Virus record (IMG/VR): IMGVR_UViG_3300032116_000060
Span: 39,086-103,085 of that record
Direction: 5' to 3' (one strand)
Source: a virus
Lineage: Duplodnaviria; Heunggongvirae; Uroviricota; Caudoviricetes
Length of the DNA stretch: 64,000 nt
The notes below the pieces were generated by a model that worked only from the letters and a program-made list of their open reading frames with translations, made no database searches and had not been told where the DNA came from. Positions 57,854 to 64,000 of this stretch are shown here, in pieces. Numbering within the stretch: position 1 is the first letter of the stretch; the number at the start of each line of letters is the position of its first letter. Position numbers and translations under genes: made by a program.

Positions 57854-59044
57854 TTAGTTATGAACTAAATTGTATAAAAATGTATTTTTTTTGTAATATG
57901 AATCCAATATATCCTTATTTTTATCGGCCAGATTCTTCAATTTTTCGATTAAAACCTCAAAATACTGAATTTCCATATTGAGTATCTTTTTAATCAATTT
58001 AGGCTTATCCACCTCAATACTATCAAAAATTTCCTTATTGTAATTATAAAATCCAAATCGTTCTAAAAATTCATCAACATTTTTTGTCATATGAATGAAT
58101 GGTTTTCTAACATTTAATAAATCGATAGTTTTTTCGGTAATCAAATGATTCATAGTATTAAGAATGCCAGGCTTTTCCCTAGCAGTTTCAAAATAGATTG
58201 CTATGTCGGATGAAAGGGTGTTATAAATTAATTTGTTTACCGGCCATGCTTCGTATCCAGCTTTTGGATTTAATAATTCATCAAAACTAAAAAATCTTCT
58301 ATCTAACTTTATCAATTCTAAAAAAAGAGAGTAATTTTGTTGTGATTTAAAAAACTCTTCAACATCTTTATAATAAGTTTCGTTATTTAAAAATCCACCA
58401 TGCATAGAAACTTTTATTTCCTCTATCTCCTTTTCATCTAATGTATTTATTAAATCAAATAAAAATTTTACTCTATTTTCTTTTTTAACTTCTCTAAAGG
58501 TATAATCCAATCTATACGCTTTTTGATTAATTGCTTTAAATAATCTATCTGCTGCAAAATGATACTTACCCCAATTACCGCTATGATTATTCAAATTTAA
58601 AACCAATGATAAATCAAATATCTGATTTTCGCTTTGATATAAATTAGAACCCAAAAACTTTAGATTAGGATATAATGATTCTGCCCATTTAACTTTATTT
58701 TCACTTTTTGAATCTAATGTTGATTCTGGCCACCTACTCATTATGAATGGGTCGGAAATGTTAAAATCTATGGGAGGTATAAAATAATAAACCGATGTTG
58801 TATTGTGTATATTATAATCGGATAACTCATCAATTATTATAACACTATACTCACTTTCGTTCTCTATCTTTTTCCCACTTGCGATTTTAATGTTATACCC
58901 TTCTAATAAATTTGTTATTTCATCAGTTGAATAAGAGTAATAATCTTTTTCTAAAAATGGAGAATTATTTAGAAGGGCATCAACGAACTTCTTTTCACAG
59001 TGGATTAAGATGTTTTTCATTTGTTTAATCTTCGTAATCACCAA
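57854..59044 (-). CDS. hypothetical protein
   Basis: 396-aa ORF. Confidence 0.55.
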   Translation of the reverse strand: MVITKIKQMKNILIHCEKKFVDALLNNSPFLEKDYYSYSTDEITNLLEGYNIKIASGKKIENESEYSVIIIDELSDYNIHNTTSVYYFIPPIDFNISDPFIMSRWPESTLDSKSENKVKWAESLYPNLKFLGSNLYQSENQIFDLSLVLNLNNHSGNWGKYHFAADRLFKAINQKAYRLDYTFREVKKENRVKFLFDLINTLDEKEIEEIKVSMHGGFLNNETYYKDVEEFFKSQQNYSLFLELIKLDRRFFSFDELLNPKAGYEAWPVNKLIYNTLSSDIAIYFETAREKPGILNTMNHLITEKTIDLLNVRKPFIHMTKNVDEFLERFGFYNYNKEIFDSIEVDKPKLIKKILNMEIQYFEVLIEKLKNLADKNKDILDSYYKKNTFLYNLVHN

Positions 59045-59259
59045 ATTGATCTTCCATTTCTAATTTTTCATACAATTCTTCCAACTTACCAATTGCATGT
59101 TGAACCAAAGACCAATCTTCGGAATCTACGGCATCTTCTAATGCTATTAAAATTTTGTTTAGTTTATCTAACATAATAATTCAATTTTATATCTATATAT
59201 TATAAAAATAAAAAAAAATGGCTATTTGTTAATAGCCATTTAAATTATTTTGTTCTTTG

Positions 59260-59913
59260 TTATTTTTTTAATTTAATCTTCCAATAAACTCCGGCTCCAA
59301 TATATGGTGATAAAGAACCATTTGTTCCATCGATTGTTCTATTTGCCACACCTACTCCTAACTGATACAATTTATCTTTTTTAGTTTTAAGAACCAATCC
59401 TGTTCCAATATGTGATACAACATCTGCTTTGTTAAATCCGCCATCAAATCCAAAATATAATTGGTTCTTTGGTAATTCCTTAACAATTGTAGTTTCTTTT
59501 ATTGTTCTTTCCTTTACTTTCGCATCAAAGGTTCTACTTTCGATTCGGTTTTTATGGATTATATCAGTTACCGCCACAGTTCCTAATGAATCAGGCAATA
59601 CTAATACATCTTTGTAAGTTACTTTTGCTAAATAGTCTTTAAGGATTGCCAAACTATCAACTGATTGTAGTTCTTTTAAAACTAATGTATCAACATCCAC
59701 AACTTCATGCACAATGTCTTTACCTTGTTTAGTTACAACTTTTACTTTCTCAACTTCCACAGTATCAATTTCATGTTTCACAACTTCGTATTTCTTTCCA
59801 TCTATTTTAATTGTTCTACCCGGTATAATTCCATTTGGGTTGATAAATTGTAATAAGATGATAATTACTAAAACCGCAATAGCGATATTTTTAATGTTCA
59901 AGTACTTTTTCAT
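59260..59913 (-). CDS. membrane-anchored or secreted protein with a beta-rich C-terminus
   Basis: N-terminal TM/signal; C-terminal OMP-like strands. Confidence 0.5.
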   Translation of the reverse strand: MKKYLNIKNIAIAVLVIIILLQFINPNGIIPGRTIKIDGKKYEVVKHEIDTVEVEKVKVVTKQGKDIVHEVVDVDTLVLKELQSVDSLAILKDYLAKVTYKDVLVLPDSLGTVAVTDIIHKNRIESRTFDAKVKERTIKETTIVKELPKNQLYFGFDGGFNKADVVSHIGTGLVLKTKKDKLYQLGVGVANRTIDGTNGSLSPYIGAGVYWKIKLKK

Positions 59914-60172
59914 AATTCTATTTTTGTGTATAAATATGTAATTGTATAATTTTATGAACTTTTATCAACTTCTTAGGAAAATACAATTTTTGTTATATTT
60001 TCAATTTTTTTACAAATATATATATTAAAATAATATAATATATGATAAACTTAATTTTTGGTATTCTAGCAATTTGTAGCTCATTTGGTATCTTTATTTC
60101 TAAAAATCAAACCGAATCTGGTGTAAAGAAACAAAGGCAACACACACAACCTTTACAATTAGATAAGGAAAT

Positions 60173-61603
60173 CTAAAGTATCATTCGGCTTCCTATCATA
60201 AACATATGGGTAGCCTTAATACCCCCCATAGTATTCACATTTAATTTGTAGTTTGCACTAAATCCAAATCTTTTACTTATTCTATAATCAAAAGATGTTC
60301 CAACTAATCCACCAAAATGTCTATTTACTAAAGTAGTTCCATTATAAGTATCATAATTTATAGGGGAATTCATAATAAATACTTGTGGAGATAGTGTAAG
60401 TTTTTTGCTGAATGAATAAGGTTTTGTCCAAAATACAACTGCTGATGTTGATAGAGATGTTGTGAATTTGTTTTCAGCATTTTTTAACAACAATACTATC
60501 GCACCAACATTATATCCATATGTTCCCCATTTAGGGTGTGGTTTAATCCAAGTGTATCCCAATAAACCCATCCAATTACCTTTAAGATACGCACCGGTAG
60601 AAGAATACGAACTGATTGAATTTAACTTACCATCTTTAAAATCCATCTTTGTAGTTCCGGTAGTAAGTGCAAATTGATTAAGAGTGCTCCACACCATTAG
60701 GTTAGCACTATAAGATTTATCACCCATTAGAGATGATTTAGAAACACCTACTGATGCAATGGTTGTAAATTTACCTTCCTGATCATCTGCCACCGTTAAA
60801 TCAGAAGCTACTAATAGTGGGTTTAGATTTTGTTGCTTTTTTGTTTCCTTTTTCTCTTCTTTCTTTTCTTCGGATTTAGATTCTTCCTTTTTTTCTTCTT
60901 TGCTTTCAGATTTGCTCTCCTCTTTCTTTTCCTCACTTTTAGTTTCAGTTTTCTTCTCTTCGGTTTTAGATTCACTCTTTGTTTCTGATTTAGTTTCTGC
61001 CTTCGTTTCAGTTTTGGTTTCTGATGATGAAGATGAACTACTACTCGATGATGAAGATGATGAACTATTACTGCTCGAAGATGAACTTGCAGGCGGTGTA
61101 GATGATGTTGAAGATGATGTGGGTGGTGGAGTTGATGCAGATGAACTCGCGGCGGTTGAAGCCGAAGAACTTGCAGCAGAACTCGCTGATGATGATGCCG
61201 CAGAACTTGCTGCACCACTAGCAGCACTACTCGCCGCTGATGAGGCCGCTGAACTTGCCGCCTGTGAAGCTGCGGCACTTGCAGCCTGTGATGCTGCTTG
61301 TGAAACGGCTTGCTGAACTGTTTGTTGAACTACAACAGCAGTTGGGCATCCCATTTGTTGGTATTTTAATTGTATGGCTTTAATCCAAACTTGTGTAGCT
61401 CCACTCTGAACTTCAAATGGTGAAAAACTTCTTACTTCATTATAAAAAGAAACTACTGCATTACCATTAATAAAAGTTGTAGTTGCAACCTTAACCTCGC
61501 CGGTACATTTATCGATATAAGTTTGTGTATAAGTCTGCCCAATCGCATTTTCAGCGAATAGACATATAACAATTATCAGTAAAGGTAGTATCCATTTTTT
61601 CAT
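60173..61603 (-). CDS. secreted low-complexity protein (Ser/Ala tract then Lys/Glu/Thr/Ser repeats) with an OMP-like beta-barrel C-terminus
   Basis: signal peptide; about 120-aa S/A-rich tract, about 90-aa KE(S/T) repeats, beta-strand-rich C-terminus. Confidence 0.55.
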   Translation of the reverse strand: MKKWILPLLIIVICLFAENAIGQTYTQTYIDKCTGEVKVATTTFINGNAVVSFYNEVRSFSPFEVQSGATQVWIKAIQLKYQQMGCPTAVVVQQTVQQAVSQAASQAASAAASQAASSAASSAASSAASGAASSAASSSASSAASSSASTAASSSASTPPPTSSSTSSTPPASSSSSSNSSSSSSSSSSSSSSSETKTETKAETKSETKSESKTEEKKTETKSEEKKEESKSESKEEKKEESKSEEKKEEKKETKKQQNLNPLLVASDLTVADDQEGKFTTIASVGVSKSSLMGDKSYSANLMVWSTLNQFALTTGTTKMDFKDGKLNSISSYSSTGAYLKGNWMGLLGYTWIKPHPKWGTYGYNVGAIVLLLKNAENKFTTSLSTSAVVFWTKPYSFSKKLTLSPQVFIMNSPINYDTYNGTTLVNRHFGGLVGTSFDYRISKRFGFSANYKLNVNTMGGIKATHMFMIGSRMIL

Positions 61604-62473
61604 TTAGAAATTCACACCAAAACCAAAAGTTCCGGTATTAATTATAGGGTCATAATCACCCTTTATTGTGAAATTTTTATAATCATGTAACCCACCTATT
61701 TTGAATGTAGTAAATCTATCTAAATATTTTGGAAAAGTAATGTATCCCAAATCATCTCTACCTCTCCATTTCACATCTTCAGAAACAGTTCCAACCATAA
61801 AGTGAATACCCGTTCTCTTTATTCTTTTACCTGCACCGATGTAAAAACTATTTCGTTGAACTAAATCATTTACCAATGGAAAATCAATTTGTGTTATATT
61901 ACCATATGGGAAGAATGTTGAATTATCTCTTTCAACACTTGAATTGTATTCCATTATAAAGTATCCCTTATTTCCTATTGTAAAAAATCCTCCAATTTGT
62001 TTATCAGTTGTTTTCTGAATACCAAAACTAATTACAGGTTTTTTACCTCTAATGGTATCTCTTTTACCATCATCATAAACATAAATTCTTTGTGGTTGAC
62101 GGTATCCCCAATCGTTCCAATACCAAGATGGTTGCCAAAAGTTCCAACCAAATGCAGGTGCACCCCACATATCCCATCTATTCCAACCCCAACCCCAATT
62201 GTTCATACCCCAATATGGGTCTCTAATAATAATATTAGAACCAGGTCTTGTTCTGTTCGGTCTATTATACTCTCTAGGTGATTCGTTTCTCCAACTACTA
62301 ACATCGTTTCTTTGTGGAATTGATTGTTGTACTGATGGTGTACTTCTTTGTGGTTGTGGTGGATTACTTCTCCAATTACTAACTTGTGAAAAAGTTAAAC
62401 TTGGAACTAAACACAATAATATAATTAAATTTTTCATAGTGTTATCTTTGATATAAATATACCTTTCCGGCAT
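61604..62473 (-). CDS. secreted Trp-rich repeat protein with an OMP-like C-terminus (ends ...FGFGVNF)
   Basis: signal peptide MKNLIILLCLVPSLTFSQ; WGWGWNRWDMWG...WYWNDWGY repeats; C-terminal aromatic residue. Confidence 0.55.
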   Translation of the reverse strand: MPERYIYIKDNTMKNLIILLCLVPSLTFSQVSNWRSNPPQPQRSTPSVQQSIPQRNDVSSWRNESPREYNRPNRTRPGSNIIIRDPYWGMNNWGWGWNRWDMWGAPAFGWNFWQPSWYWNDWGYRQPQRIYVYDDGKRDTIRGKKPVISFGIQKTTDKQIGGFFTIGNKGYFIMEYNSSVERDNSTFFPYGNITQIDFPLVNDLVQRNSFYIGAGKRIKRTGIHFMVGTVSEDVKWRGRDDLGYITFPKYLDRFTTFKIGGLHDYKNFTIKGDYDPIINTGTFGFGVNF

Positions 62474-63164
62474 TATTTATACAAATAGCACTCATATTTT
62501 CAATCCAATCCCCACTATTAAAATATCGTTTTCCAGCAATCATTCTATCAGCTGGTTGATGGATATGCCCACAAATAACTCCATTACACCCTTTTTTAGT
62601 GGCCATGCTCAATGCGGTAACTTCAAAATCGTTTACATAATTTGTTGCCACCTTAACACTTTCTTTAATTTTTTGGGATATGGATATATAGGGTAACTTT
62701 CTCCATTTACGATATGAATTATATACTCTATTTAACCAAAGTGCAAAATCATATCCTACCGCACCTATCTTTGATAACCATTTGTATTTGGTTATAAAAA
62801 CATCAATAACATCTCCGTGGAAAATATAGTAACTCTCCATAGTATTATTGATGTCCAACTTATAATCTTCTCTAATTTCAATCGAACCCAAATGTGTTCC
62901 GATAAATTCTTGTATAAATTCGTCATGATTCCCCCTTATCCAGATAATTCTGGTTGTATTTGATAATTGTAATAATTTAGATATAACTTTAGTATGTTGT
63001 TTTTTCCATTTAGTTCCTCTATTCAAAGCCCACCCATCGACTATATCTCCATTAAGAATTAGTAAATCAGTTGGATGTGTTTCCAAAAATTCTATAAATT
63101 CTTCTGCTTTAGAATCTTTAGTTCCTAAATGTAAATCTGATACTATAATAGCCTGATAATTCAT
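62442..63164 (-). CDS. calcineurin-like metallophosphoesterase (LpxH-like)
   Basis: DLHLG, GDIVD, GNHDE, GHIHQP motifs. Confidence 0.7.
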   Translation of the reverse strand: MNYQAIIVSDLHLGTKDSKAEEFIEFLETHPTDLLILNGDIVDGWALNRGTKWKKQHTKVISKLLQLSNTTRIIWIRGNHDEFIQEFIGTHLGSIEIREDYKLDINNTMESYYIFHGDVIDVFITKYKWLSKIGAVGYDFALWLNRVYNSYRKWRKLPYISISQKIKESVKVATNYVNDFEVTALSMATKKGCNGVICGHIHQPADRMIAGKRYFNSGDWIENMSAICINNAGKVYLYQR

Positions 63165-63263
63165 ATTATCTTTTTTTAGTTATATTATCTACAATCAATC
63201 CAATTATACACAAAGATACAACGATAGCAATTGAGAAAATCCAAGGAAATATAGTGCCCATTT

Positions 63264-63959
63264 TTAATTCCAATAATTGTGATGTTGTTTAAAAAATTCA
63301 GAATTGTTTCTATTAAAGTAACATTTAATACTCAACCAAAACATATAAAAAAATCCTTTATTCCTAAATCTTCTTGCAGATGTCCATACACCTTTTGTTT
63401 TGTGTATTTTCATTACATCTACTTTTTGTGAAACCCAATAATCTTCTGCGAATAAATGTGTTTCATCATATCCACCGGTCTTCCAATATGCTTCGGTTTT
63501 CCACAATTGAAATCCACCAACTGCAAATGGAGTGCCCAACCAATTACTCAATCTTTGTTGAATATCGAATAACCTAAATATCCAATTAAATCCCGTTTCA
63601 GTTTGAAATGGAACAGTAACTAAATCCGTATTATACTCTAAACATTTTTTCAAAACAGATTTATCTCTTAACATTATATCAGCATCCAAAAATAGTATGT
63701 AAGGAGTGGTTACTAATTTACTAGCCTCTAAACGGGCTTTTGCAGGAAATCCACCTTCAATTAGTTCAATATCTAATGAATATCGGTAGTCTCTTTTCGT
63801 ATATTCAATAAAATCTAAACTATCTCCCTCATCGGAAGTATCTGCAATAATAACTTTAAGTCCTGCACTTCCAACTTGCTTTGCAATAAATGAAATACAT
63901 TCATAAATGTTATCTTTTTCGTTTTTACAAGGGATTACAATAGTTAGTAAATCTTTCAT
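63264..63959 (-). CDS. family 2 glycosyltransferase
   Basis: N-terminal IVIPCKNE and LDADIM (DxD) motifs. Confidence 0.7.
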   Translation of the reverse strand: MKDLLTIVIPCKNEKDNIYECISFIAKQVGSAGLKVIIADTSDEGDSLDFIEYTKRDYRYSLDIELIEGGFPAKARLEASKLVTTPYILFLDADIMLRDKSVLKKCLEYNTDLVTVPFQTETGFNWIFRLFDIQQRLSNWLGTPFAVGGFQLWKTEAYWKTGGYDETHLFAEDYWVSQKVDVMKIHKTKGVWTSARRFRNKGFFYMFWLSIKCYFNRNNSEFFKQHHNYWN

Positions 63960-64000
63960 AGATATAAATAATAAACCCCCACTTTTAAGTGAGGGTTATT

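Noticed and set aside
60823-61316. ORFs 60823..61278 (-) and 60900..61316 (+), H/Q/R-rich or D/E/L/A-rich
   Set aside because: These are alternate-frame or antisense readings of the low-complexity Ser/Ala/Lys/Glu repeat DNA of 60173..61603

Overview
The window is AT-rich, gene-dense DNA with almost every gene on the minus strand, tight start/stop overlaps and short intergenic spacers. I read it as an accessory (auxiliary-metabolism) region of a large virulent phage, probably jumbo-sized, infecting a Bacteroidota (Flavobacteriia-like) host. The host inference rests on a chaperonin close to Bacteroidota GroEL and on intergenic promoter boxes of the Bacteroidota type (-33 TTTG-like / -7 TAnnTTTG). 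No capsid, terminase or replication genes are visible. Recognisable content: GroEL/GroES, ClpS, UvdE, an IMPDH/GMP-reductase-family enzyme, APRT, an RmlC-like cupin, dUTPase, two carbohydrate-sulfotransferase-like proteins, a SET-domain protein, IscU plus IscA in an operon with a secreted NUC-type nuclease, and CobS/CobT-like MoxR-AAA+/VWA proteins. There is also a split Pnkp-like RNA-repair set (HAD phosphatase, metallophosphoesterase, P-loop kinase, RNA-ligase-like protein) sitting beside about 24 tRNA genes in four arrays (16.9 kb, 22.4-24.2 kb, 25.1-25.7 kb, 26.1-26.9 kb). About 2 kb of non-coding, hairpin-rich sequence (26.9-28.9 kb) carries four tandem promoter-like motifs and tRNA-like fragments. 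A sugar-modification island (40.6-48.8 kb) has a duplicated two-gene module, four SGNH hydrolases (two with a GCS catalytic-motif variant), an RfaE/HldE-like sugar kinase and a radical SAM enzyme. Several signal-peptide beta-barrel or lipoprotein-like proteins are present. Two bipartite intergenic motif families recur (TTACAAATATACGAAAAAA and TTACATAGTAAAG, each followed by a TTCCAAG hairpin-prone element); I read them as early/host-type and phage-specific promoters fused to terminator hairpins. All calls come from reading the sequence and ORF translations. No database searches were run, and tRNA coordinates are hand-folded estimates.
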